Positions 1 through 8,848 of a stretch of DNA of 64,000 nucleotides are shown piece after piece (the first letter of the stretch is position 1; each line of letters starts with the position of its first letter). The stretch comes from Candidatus Zixiibacteriota bacterium. GTDB taxonomy: Bacteria > RBG-13-66-14 > B26-G2 > WVWN01. The notes under the pieces were generated by a model. That model saw only the letters and a program-made list of their open reading frames with translations, was not told the origin of the DNA and did no database searches. A program made the translations under genes and the position numbers. The stretch spans positions 1 through 64,000 of the forward strand of contig JASFLY010000009.1 of NCBI GenBank assembly GCA_050117845.1, given 5' to 3'.

Positions 1-99
1 GCTACTACCGCGTTTAAAAAGCTAGAGTCAAATACCGCACGCCGGTATTTAGAAACACTATTAACGGTAGCCGAGACGATTATTAACTTTAAATATTAA
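1..99 (+). CDS. Possible C-terminal end of a CDS entering from the left (ATTAFKKLESNTARRYLETLLTVAETIINFKY*)
   Basis: Open frame 1 from base 1 to TAA at 97-99; protein-like composition only. Confidence 0.3.
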   Translation, partial: ATTAFKKLESNTARRYLETLLTVAETIINFKY

Positions 100-723
100 C
101 AACACTACCGATCCTAAACAGACTGTTTATAGGATAAACATTGTACCGCGTCATACTTCTGCCCGTTATACCTCTTCCCCGTAACCTCCTTACATCCACG
201 AAATCCATCCGTATATCGGAAATGATTTCCATTACTGGACCATTGTTACCTCAATGGTTTTTCATTGTAGTATAATGGGGAAAATTACTTCATTCCCGTT
301 CACGAGGCCCTTCTTAAAAACCGTTAGCTTATTCACAACGACACTAACACTTCGTATATAACCTCTGATTATCTATTAGTCCTGTTCTTTTTGTTTTATT
401 ACTTTTATAGACCCCGGCGGCTATTATAATCATTCTTTCTCCCGTCTGGACCAGTTTTTCGGGGTCAAGTCCGTTTTGCTTTAGGGTCCAATGAACCCCA
501 ATGAAGTTTATGATAATACAAAATACTTCTTTTTAATCGAATCTGGAGCCGCACCTATTACGCCGGGGGCGGTTCATCGGAATAGGGATACGAATAGAAC
601 AAGAAAAAATACGAAATAACAAGAGTTAGACTAGCTATCCCCGTTAACGTATCACCAAATCCGTAAAAACGTATCCTACGACCCGACGCGAATAGGTCTT
701 TCCCATATACCTTCTACAGTCCG

Positions 724-1003
724 ACGTTACTTACGTTACTTACGTTACTAAAAGTAATATCTAGAATAATGAGAATACTGGACTAAAGACATCGCTTGGG
801 TACGCCGTAACTCTATTCCTATACTATTTATCGAAAACGCCGCCCTACGAGGTTTTCCCTTAAACCGTTTTTCCTCCGGCTATTCCACTTCGAAAGTCAG
901 AATAACGATTCGCCAAAGCAAGAAAAGAAAAAGCTGTTAGAAAACCCTCCTCAGAAAAACCTTCGTTTATGAGGGGGTTTAACGTCAGTAACGTAAGTAA
1001 CAT
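724..1003. repeat. Iteron-like 9-bp repeats (ACGTTACTT x3 at 724-749; two inverted copies at 987-1003); putative replication origin
   Basis: Direct tandem repeats plus inverted copies bracket an AT-rich spacer immediately downstream of the primase gene. Confidence 0.6.
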
Positions 1004-1013
1004 ACGAACTGAA

Positions 1014-3578
1014 CTATCCGTTTAAACTATCTCCAAAAAGACTTTTAGTCAATTCTCCTTCCCTAGAATCGAATATCTCCCCTGCACCGTATTCCTGTGC
1101 TAACCGTTCGAGAAGATCTTGTTCGTACAGTATCGCGGATGCACCTACCACTGTCTTCGCTTTTCGGAAACCTAAACTGGTCAAAACTCTACCTATTTTC
1201 GGGTACGATAATTTGCGGTTATCGATCACCCCTTCGTTTAAACGATCGGTAATGAGTTTTACCGGTAACGTATTCCATTCAACTTGGTCCGCGGATTCTA
1301 GGATCACTCTTATTATTCTTCCTTCCAACGTGGAAGCCTTTTCACGCTTTTTTTCTTCACCGATTTCCAGAATTAAGTCTAAAAGATTACCTGCGCATTG
1401 CGGTTTCGTAAGGCTTGCAACTTGTAGCAGCGGCTTCGAAATATCACCCAACCTACCTGAAATAGGATTAATAATATCCGGCATGGGACGGCCTAAGTAT
1501 CGGGCTCTGAACGCTAAAAGTTTTTCCTTCAAAGGTATAGCATTTTCAGGCTTTACGCCAGTATTATACTTTACTGAAACCGCCGGCATATTCACGGTAA
1601 GGGCCCTTGTCTCCAAAATCGGGTGGGCCGGTATATTCGTCGCTACGACGGTTGGACCGAATAACGAATAATATACTGTATCCTTGAAGGGGCCTTTTTC
1701 CGGGTATAGTACACGCGGGATCGTTAATCCCTTCTCAAATCGTCCTAAGATTATGTCCTCGCTACGGTTAACCTCGGCTTTTTTCCAGATATTCATAACG
1801 TCAAAGAAAATAGATGCGTTAAAATTATCGGCAGCCCTAAAAATGAACGGCTCTCTTAACGATTCTACGTGTATACCGCGGTACGCGGCTTGGATCATCC
1901 CCTTTCCGGTACGTGTTTTACCGCGTTCAGGTACCGCGAAAAGGTTAATAATCGGGGAATACTGGAAAGCTTCTAAACAATATGTGTGGAGTACCCACGC
2001 TACTACGAGGTGATAATATCCGTCGTGAGGTAATACGGATATGTTTCGGTGATACTCGAAAAGGTCGTCGTAAATTCCTTCATCCAGCTTACCTACTTCT
2101 AAACACTTATGCTCATCGTACTGTTTGATTACCTCCTTACCTCGAGCTAATTCCCAGGGCATCTGGTTTAACGGCGGCGGTACGTACGTTTCGCCATCGC
2201 GCTCGATGGAAGGCAAAAAGGTCAGGTCTTCTCCTTCCTTGACAAGGAACTTAGGTTGACCTTCGTGTTCGACTACATCGACTAACCCCGCGAATAAAGC
2301 CGTAGGTTTTGCTTTTAGCGTACCCTGTTGTGCTCGGCTACTCGGAGTTTTCGCGTCCGCCTTCCGTTTATCGTTAACCTTCTTCTTATAAACCTCTATT
2401 TCTTTGCTCGTTAATCCAAACCGGGGTTTTATCCGGCGATCGAGGTACGTATGCGATGTTATTTCATCCAATTCGCTAAGCATAATAAGAATGGGTTCTA
2501 TCAACTTACATAGTTCGAGTTTATCTGCGTCGGGACGAATCTGCTCAAGCAGATAATCGATTAAAGTCTTCGCGTTTTCGAGTAAGGCATCGAAATCCCC
2601 CTTCGAATTCGTTTTAAAATATCCGTTCAGGTCACTCCCTCTTGGTAACTCTACGACCTTGGCTTTTTCCGCAAGCAACTCCGCAATTTTAAGGCACCCC
2701 TTGTCTCCGGCTTCGTCGCCGTCGAGGCATACGTAAACGGTCCTACACCTAGAAAACCTATTTAGGTATTCTTCTTTAAAGTTACTAGCGCCGAGTATAC
2801 CTACGGCGTTATAGCCTTCCTGAACAACGGTAATAGTATCAGGTATACCTTCGGCGATAACGACCTCCGCGTTTGCTAACGCATCTTCGTTGTAAAGGTA
2901 CTTAATTTTACGACGCATATTCATGTATTTAGGTTCTCCCTGACGGAAAACCCTACCGATTAAATATACGACCCGTCCTTTCCAGATATTTGGGAAGATT
3001 ATCCTGTTTAAAAATATATCTACCACCGTTCCGTCGTGATTCCTTTTTACGACGCCGGCCTCAACGCAAAGTTCTTCAGAGAACCCGTGTTTTTTTACTA
3101 AGCAATCCTTAAGACCTCCGGAGGCGAAACCTATCTTGAATCGGGAGATCGTTTCGTCATTGAAGCCGCGGTCGGTTTTAAGGTATTCAACCACGGGTTC
3201 ACTTAGGTTCGAGTGATAAAACAACGCGGACTTGTCGAGTATGTCCTCGATCATACGTTCGCGCTCAAGATCAACTCCTTCCTCAGGCGTCATCGCAGGT
3301 AAATAAACGCCGACGCTTTTCGCCAGATCCGTTACAGATTCCCAAAACGACTTCTCTTCGAAGAGTTCGATAAATCGGATAACGTCTCCGCCTGTCCCAC
3401 AGCCGAAGCAATAAAAATATTGTTCTTGAGCGTTAACGGAAAAACTAGGTTTTTTGTCGTTATGGAACGGACATATCCCCTTATGGTTTTCGTCAAGGAC
3501 GATACGCTCATTCACTATATCTACAATATCGACTCGGTCCTTAATTCCATCGATTTTTAACTTTAAATTATTATTCAT
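1014..3578 (-). CDS. DnaG-type primase (CHC2 Zn finger + Toprim) fused to a C-terminal P-loop/DUF3631-like domain
   Basis: CPFH...CFGC zinc finger; Toprim EGIPD / DGDEAG; PERGKT Walker-A-like motif in the C-terminal half; AGGAGG RBS. Confidence 0.85.
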   Translation of the reverse strand: MNNNLKLKIDGIKDRVDIVDIVNERIVLDENHKGICPFHNDKKPSFSVNAQEQYFYCFGCGTGGDVIRFIELFEEKSFWESVTDLAKSVGVYLPAMTPEEGVDLERERMIEDILDKSALFYHSNLSEPVVEYLKTDRGFNDETISRFKIGFASGGLKDCLVKKHGFSEELCVEAGVVKRNHDGTVVDIFLNRIIFPNIWKGRVVYLIGRVFRQGEPKYMNMRRKIKYLYNEDALANAEVVIAEGIPDTITVVQEGYNAVGILGASNFKEEYLNRFSRCRTVYVCLDGDEAGDKGCLKIAELLAEKAKVVELPRGSDLNGYFKTNSKGDFDALLENAKTLIDYLLEQIRPDADKLELCKLIEPILIMLSELDEITSHTYLDRRIKPRFGLTSKEIEVYKKKVNDKRKADAKTPSSRAQQGTLKAKPTALFAGLVDVVEHEGQPKFLVKEGEDLTFLPSIERDGETYVPPPLNQMPWELARGKEVIKQYDEHKCLEVGKLDEGIYDDLFEYHRNISVLPHDGYYHLVVAWVLHTYCLEAFQYSPIINLFAVPERGKTRTGKGMIQAAYRGIHVESLREPFIFRAADNFNASIFFDVMNIWKKAEVNRSEDIILGRFEKGLTIPRVLYPEKGPFKDTVYYSLFGPTVVATNIPAHPILETRALTVNMPAVSVKYNTGVKPENAIPLKEKLLAFRARYLGRPMPDIINPISGRLGDISKPLLQVASLTKPQCAGNLLDLILEIGEEKKREKASTLEGRIIRVILESADQVEWNTLPVKLITDRLNEGVIDNRKLSYPKIGRVLTSLGFRKAKTVVGASAILYEQDLLERLAQEYGAGEIFDSREGELTKSLFGDSLNG

Positions 3579-3663
3579 TTCGTACCTCCTAATTATTAAA
3601 CCTTATTCCAACCTCCTTAGGTTAGTTCAAGGTAAGTAATATAATCCCAGTTCTCTACATACA

Positions 3664-3679
3664 TTAATAGTACTATTAA
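3664..3679. promoter_or_regulatory. Perfect 16-bp palindrome TTAATAGTACTATTAA, candidate operator
   Basis: Exact dyad symmetry about 85 bp upstream of the primase start. Confidence 0.35.
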
Positions 3680-3894
3680 CCCCGCCGGCCCCTACCGGTG
3701 GCGCCCTACTATCCCATGCCCCCTGCATTAATACGTTTCGAATATTGCTAATAACACGCGCCTCCGAATTAACCGCCTATTAAAAACGCAAGGCAGTAGC
3801 CGGCGGCGTTGCGCCGGAGACGATACCAGCGTGACGCGTGGCCTTGTTCTTCCTTTCTTACTGGGGGGGAGTAGTACCGGATATAAACTAAAAG

Positions 3895-4098
3895 CTAATT
3901 CTCACTATACTCGTATAGTGGGGGCCTATAGTTTTTCTCCTTATCCCATTTTTCTATTTCCTCGATCTTAAATTTTAGTCTTTTCCCTCTTTTATAATAG
4001 GGTATTTTTCTCCGAGCCACCCATTCCCGAACAGTACTCGGCGACTCATTTAAATATTCGGAGATTTCTTCGAGCGACCAAAAAATTTTTCCGGACAT
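3895..4098 (-). CDS. Excisionase-like HTH (HTH_17/AlpA-type) DNA-binding protein
   Basis: 67 aa, SLEEISEYLNESPSTVREWVARRKIPYYKRGKRLKF pattern; AGGAGG RBS. Confidence 0.85.
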   Translation of the reverse strand: MSGKIFWSLEEISEYLNESPSTVREWVARRKIPYYKRGKRLKFKIEEIEKWDKEKNYRPPLYEYSEN

Positions 4099-4329
4099 AT
4101 TCTCACCTCCTTCTATTGTAATAATGGTATTTCAATACCTTCCGAAAGCTGATGCAGTTAATAAAAGCTAGCTTAATGGGAAGTTATACTACTCTTCTCA
4201 AGATATTATAATGCATTATTTTAAAAACTATAGTACTTTTTATATAATTTATCTATACGTCTTAGGAAAAGCTTCGACTCCTAAGCCGTTTCGCGTTATA
4301 ATTACCATATTCAGCAGAAGGGAACGGGC

Positions 4330-4477
4330 GGACCTAGCGTTCGGTTTTCAACCCAACGCAGCCGGCTACCGCTTCTACGTCGTGGGCAGTTACAACTACC
4401 GCGTCCAGTACTTCCGGGACACGACGTCGGGGGTGACGCCGGCGTCGCTCGGGAGGGTGAAGGCGGTGTTCAGGTAA
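4330..4477 (+). pseudogene. Host-like gene fragment: degenerate NHL-like repeat plus C-terminal VTPASLGRVKAVFR tag
   Basis: GC-rich patch inside the AT-rich island; YVVGSYNYRVQYF resembles an NHL repeat end; tail matches paralogs at 57-59 kb; no plausible start or signal peptide. Confidence 0.6.
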
Positions 4478-4584
4478 TTAGAGACGACACGATTATTTTA
4501 ATCGGGGAACAGCTTAACGAATTACGGGAACGAATTGCACCATTCGCCGATCACGCGGAGACCGTAGGGATAGGTTGGGATAGG

Positions 4585-4971
4585 TTGCATAGGTGGAGAG
4601 ATCGCACCGAAGGACTTATCCGGGAATCCCTCGGGGTAGACGAGGCCGAGAGGTTTAACCCGAAATTAGGTTTCGCAATCGTAAACCCGGACCCCCACGA
4701 AGGATTAAGGCTAGAGTTAGCTAGGTACGAACAGAAATTAATTACCCTCTTAATCGAAATCGAGGAGCACCCGGAGGAATTTTCTAAGAGACGAGGCGGA
4801 AAAACCGGAATAAAGAAAGGAAGGAAATCCGGACGCCGTTCGGGGAGCCTTAAGCTGAAATGGAAAGAATGGCAACGAGACCAGATATTCTGGTGGAAGC
4901 TAGCGGTGGGGATTATGGTTTTACAATTACTCGTAGGTTTCCTCGCTGTCGTCAAACGGTTTCACTATTAA
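4585..4971 (+). CDS. Hypothetical protein with C-terminal transmembrane helix; true start probably further upstream (frame open through about 4480)
   Basis: Basic linker then hydrophobic FWWKLAVGIMVLQLLVGFLAVV. Confidence 0.5.
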   Translation: MHRWRDRTEGLIRESLGVDEAERFNPKLGFAIVNPDPHEGLRLELARYEQKLITLLIEIEEHPEEFSKRRGGKTGIKKGRKSGRRSGSLKLKWKEWQRDQIFWWKLAVGIMVLQLLVGFLAVVKRFHY

Positions 4972-5072
4972 ATTAGTGGACGATGCCCCGCACACCCCCT
5001 CTTTATACCGACGTTATCAACGCAACGGGGCGGACCGAAAGGTAAGCGCCGTTAGGGATCGTAGTAAACCAG

Positions 5073-5110
5073 AAAAACTGACAGGTACCGTCAGGGAGGA
5101 AACGTATAAT
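5073..5110 (+). promoter_or_regulatory. Palindromic operator CTGACAG-GTA-CCGTCAG followed 10 nt later by TATAAT
   Basis: Near-identical copy at 56825-56848; consensus -10 at 5105-5110 upstream of the defence operon. Confidence 0.55.
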
Positions 5111-5284
5111 TATACTGGGTTAGAATACGAAATATAGAGGTTTATGATACAAAGTATAGGCGGCCGGGGCTCGGGGATAAGGCTGGGCTAGCCGCCTTTC
5201 GCATGCGTCGGGGTTAACGTAATTCAACGATTCGAACGGTAAAATTCGGTAAGTCGAAAACGATAACAAGGAAGGTTACTGAAG

Positions 5285-7522
5285 ATGTGGTGCGTAATTA
5301 TATACGTCTTCCTTATTCTGGTGGGTATTATTGTAGGCTTGCTGATTTATTTTAAGGAATTTTCGAATAAAAAACCACCTACAGCAGCCGTTAGTACGTT
5401 TAATCAGAAGGGGACTTTAACAAGTCGTGCCGTTACCCGGGACGAGACATTTAACCGCCCGCTGGGCCAACCGGCGAAATGGTACTCGAAAGGCAAATCC
5501 GTCACCGTTCAACGTTCGGTTATTTCGGACGGTATGGTTTACGTAGGGAGTTACTTTAAAGGTTCGTACGGCAACTATTCGGACGCTTGTTTAATAGACC
5601 CCACCCTTAGAGTTTCGTACGAAGGCTTTGGCGAACCATTAGGTTATTGGCCTAACTACAGCGATATAACTAAGAGGTGTAGAGGGGTTTACCTTAGATG
5701 GATAGCGGGAGGTCGTCGGGATCCGGGTATTGATATAGGTTACGTATTTATATTTTTTTACGGTTTGGAGCGCCGGCTTTTCGTCGATGGGAGGATAAAC
5801 AAACTTGATAATACGGAAAGAATAGCCATAACCGACGAAGTCATTCGCCTATTATCGGTTTACGGCGACAACTGGTCTTTTCGTGGTTACGCCAGCAGGC
5901 TACTCGGGACCGAATGGTTACTTTTCGGGCAGGGAACACCCCTTCCCGCTTACATCGATTTCGACGACTACCATTTCATGGACGTATTCCGGGCGGTATT
6001 AGGTCGTTATGTAACCGAGGGAAAACCGATACCGGCCGGCATCGCTTTACAGTGGCTCAACCTCTATACAGATTATCGGTTAAAAACCCCTGCCCGGAGG
6101 TGTAAAAAAGAATTCCGCGAGTTGTTCGTTCAGGAATATGCGGAACGTTATGGGGAAGGATTAGTAATCCCACGAAACAAACGGGGGTTATTTTTAGATT
6201 ACCATCCGGCGAGTCCTACTATCGGTAGGTTTAATCTGGAGTTAGGAGAACTGAGTGACCCGTTTTTATTAATGAAACCGAAAAGGAAATTAATCGCATT
6301 AGCCGAAAAATGCACCGGCGAATTAGACGCGTACAGCCGTTTTATGGGTAAAAAGGGGAGCGATCCTAATTCGTTAACGGCTTTAGCATACCTACCTAAA
6401 GGACTATTGGATTCAAACCCGATTGCGGGTCAGGCGAAAGCCGGATTATCCGAAATTTGTGAAGAAGGCACGAGTGTAATATCCACTGAAGACCTATTTA
6501 GCATATTAGGTTTCCCTCTTCCTGCAGAAATAAATAAAAAATATTCGCACGTTTTAGCCTTATTACTCGAAAAACTAGGTTTCGGGATAGCTCCCGATAC
6601 CCGTTATCATAACGGGAAATTAGATATCCCCGGTGAAATTGCAATCTTTAAAAACGGACACGGGCCTGGGTTTATACCGTCACGCGGCTTTAATACTATC
6701 GGAGCGGTACTTCAACTAGGAGCGTTAGTAAGCCAGACGACTAAAGGCTTTCTTCCAGCGAAAGAAGGACTCCTTCGTGATCTAGTCCAAAGCGATAGGG
6801 AGTTAAATACGACGGAAAAGGATTCTTTATTAGCGTACCTCTATTGGTGTATTCGTACTCCCCAAAAGAAGGCGGGGCTAAAAAATAAACTTGCTAGGTT
6901 AACCGTAAACGAAAAGCTAGGTATCGGTCGAGTGTTACTTTCGGTAGCCCTTGCCGACGGTAGTATCGAACCTAAAGAAGTAAAAAAACTTGAAACGTTA
7001 TACGGCCTCCTCGGTTTAGATAAAACGCATGTAATATCTGATTTAGCGTCAACGTTGGACGAACCCGTTAAAGTCAGCGACCGCGACCCCGAAATAACGT
7101 ATCAAATACCTAAGGTAACCGTTAAACCCAGGACGGGACTAGAATTAAACGAGGATCTAATCCGTTTACGGGAAGAAGAAACGAGGCGAGTTAAGACCGT
7201 ACTCGAGGGTATTTTTTCAGCGGAGGGCGCCGACGATAATAAACCTGAACCAAGTACCAATGATTACGAGTCTACTGTTAACCCCTTGAACGCTTTAGAT
7301 AGCGCTCACGTCGATTTATTCAAACAACTAGTCGAGCGGGAATTTTGGGACCGAGATGCTCTCGAAGGGATATGCGAGAAGTACGGGTTAATGACGGACG
7401 GAGCTATGGAAGTACTTAATGAATGGGCTTTCGAGTATGGCAATGCGCCTTTAATCATTGACGGGAAACCAATACATATAGATACTGAACTAGCAGAAGA
7501 AATCTGCGGAGGTCTGGAATGA
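5285..7522 (+). CDS. sngA: TerB N-terminal/TerB/TerB-C domain membrane-anchored protein (Shango SngA-like)
   Basis: N-terminal TM; YWPNYSDI...YLRWIAGGR...IGYVFIFFYGLERR (TerB_N); ALADGSIEPKEVKKLETLY (TerB); GLMTDGAMEVLNEWAF (TerB_C). Confidence 0.8.
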   Translation: MWCVIIYVFLILVGIIVGLLIYFKEFSNKKPPTAAVSTFNQKGTLTSRAVTRDETFNRPLGQPAKWYSKGKSVTVQRSVISDGMVYVGSYFKGSYGNYSDACLIDPTLRVSYEGFGEPLGYWPNYSDITKRCRGVYLRWIAGGRRDPGIDIGYVFIFFYGLERRLFVDGRINKLDNTERIAITDEVIRLLSVYGDNWSFRGYASRLLGTEWLLFGQGTPLPAYIDFDDYHFMDVFRAVLGRYVTEGKPIPAGIALQWLNLYTDYRLKTPARRCKKEFRELFVQEYAERYGEGLVIPRNKRGLFLDYHPASPTIGRFNLELGELSDPFLLMKPKRKLIALAEKCTGELDAYSRFMGKKGSDPNSLTALAYLPKGLLDSNPIAGQAKAGLSEICEEGTSVISTEDLFSILGFPLPAEINKKYSHVLALLLEKLGFGIAPDTRYHNGKLDIPGEIAIFKNGHGPGFIPSRGFNTIGAVLQLGALVSQTTKGFLPAKEGLLRDLVQSDRELNTTEKDSLLAYLYWCIRTPQKKAGLKNKLARLTVNEKLGIGRVLLSVALADGSIEPKEVKKLETLYGLLGLDKTHVISDLASTLDEPVKVSDRDPEITYQIPKVTVKPRTGLELNEDLIRLREEETRRVKTVLEGIFSAEGADDNKPEPSTNDYESTVNPLNALDSAHVDLFKQLVEREFWDRDALEGICEKYGLMTDGAMEVLNEWAFEYGNAPLIIDGKPIHIDTELAEEICGGLE

Positions 7523-8841
7523 CGAACGCGGACACACCGGTGTTGCGCCCCCGCGACCGCGACGCCATTATACAATCGTTACGGGCAGGCGTTACTCCTC
7601 GGGCCGGATTGCAACATATCCAGGTCGGGCGAGCAAGGGAAGTCGAAGCGTTACTGAAGGATATAGAAAGAATCGCCGACGGCGGATCGGCATTCCGTCT
7701 TATTATTGGGGAATACGGTTCTGGGAAAAGCTTCTTTCTTTTTTTAATTCGATTAATAGCTTTAGAAAAGGGGTTAGTTACCGTCCATGCGGACCTGTCT
7801 CCGGATAGGCGATTATACGCTACGGGAGGCCAAGCTAGGAATCTTTACGCCGAGTTAATGCATAACATTTCGACGCGTACAAAACCAGATGGCAACGCCC
7901 TTGTCAGTATCGTCGAACGGTTTATCACGGAAGCACGAAAACAGGCGCGAGTTAACGGCGATACGGTGGGTAAGACAATCGAGGTACGTTTATCCAAATT
8001 ATCCGAACTCGTCGGAGGATACGATTTCGCAAGCGTTGTGGCGGCTTATTGGGAAGGTTTCGACCGCGGGGACGAACAGCTAAGATCAGATGCTATACGT
8101 TGGTTAAGGGGCGAGTTTTCTACGAAAACTGATGCGCGAAACGCCTTAGGAGTGAGGGCTATAGTTGACGATGCCAACGTATACGACTACCTTAAGCTAC
8201 TAAGTTTATTCGTTCGCCAGGCCGGTTATAAAGGCCTACTGGTAAATTTAGACGAAATGGTAAACCTATATAAATTATCTCACTATAAAGCCCGGACGTC
8301 CAATTATGAACAGATACTTAGGATACTAAACGATTGCTTACAAGGGACTGCCGGATATTTAGGGTTTTTATTAAGTGGAACCCCGGAGTTTTTATTCGAC
8401 CCGCGTAAGGGTTTATATAGCTACGAAGCGTTATATTCTAGGTTAGCCGAAAACGCGTTTACGCGTAAAGCAGGGATTGTTGACTATACGGCGCCGGCTC
8501 TCCATTTAGCTAATCTAGCGCCGGAAGAATTAATGATTCTACTTAAAAATATAAGACACGTATTCGCGTACGGAGATAATTCTAGGTATTTAGTACCGGA
8601 TGAAGCGCTCGAAGCATTCTTACTACATTGTTCTAAAACGATCGGCGACGCCTATTTTAAAACGCCTCGTAATACAATTAAAGCGTTCGTGGGTCTACTA
8701 GCGGTACTCGATCAAAACCCCGGGATTAAATGGCCAGATTTGGTCGGCGAAGTTAACGTAGGAGAAGAGAAACCATCCGATATGCCGTTTACTAGTGACG
8801 AGGATTCAAACGGCGACGAGTTAGCGGATTTTAAAATATAG
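7519..8841 (+). CDS. sngB: P-loop ATPase, BrxD/DUF2791-like (Shango SngB-like)
   Basis: IIQSLRAGVTP start; GEYGSGKS Walker A; LLVNLDE Walker B; ATGA overlap with the upstream gene. Confidence 0.85.
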   Translation: MTNADTPVLRPRDRDAIIQSLRAGVTPRAGLQHIQVGRAREVEALLKDIERIADGGSAFRLIIGEYGSGKSFFLFLIRLIALEKGLVTVHADLSPDRRLYATGGQARNLYAELMHNISTRTKPDGNALVSIVERFITEARKQARVNGDTVGKTIEVRLSKLSELVGGYDFASVVAAYWEGFDRGDEQLRSDAIRWLRGEFSTKTDARNALGVRAIVDDANVYDYLKLLSLFVRQAGYKGLLVNLDEMVNLYKLSHYKARTSNYEQILRILNDCLQGTAGYLGFLLSGTPEFLFDPRKGLYSYEALYSRLAENAFTRKAGIVDYTAPALHLANLAPEELMILLKNIRHVFAYGDNSRYLVPDEALEAFLLHCSKTIGDAYFKTPRNTIKAFVGLLAVLDQNPGIKWPDLVGEVNVGEEKPSDMPFTSDEDSNGDELADFKI

Positions 8842-8848
8842 AATATTT

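Noticed and set aside
4211..4330. N-terminal part of the 88-aa ORF 4211-4477
   Set aside because: AT-rich promoter-like DNA with no RBS; only the GC-rich 3' part looks coding.
4570..4596. ATAGGT(T/G) three-fold microrepeat
   Set aside because: Short, imperfect and inside an open frame; could be chance.
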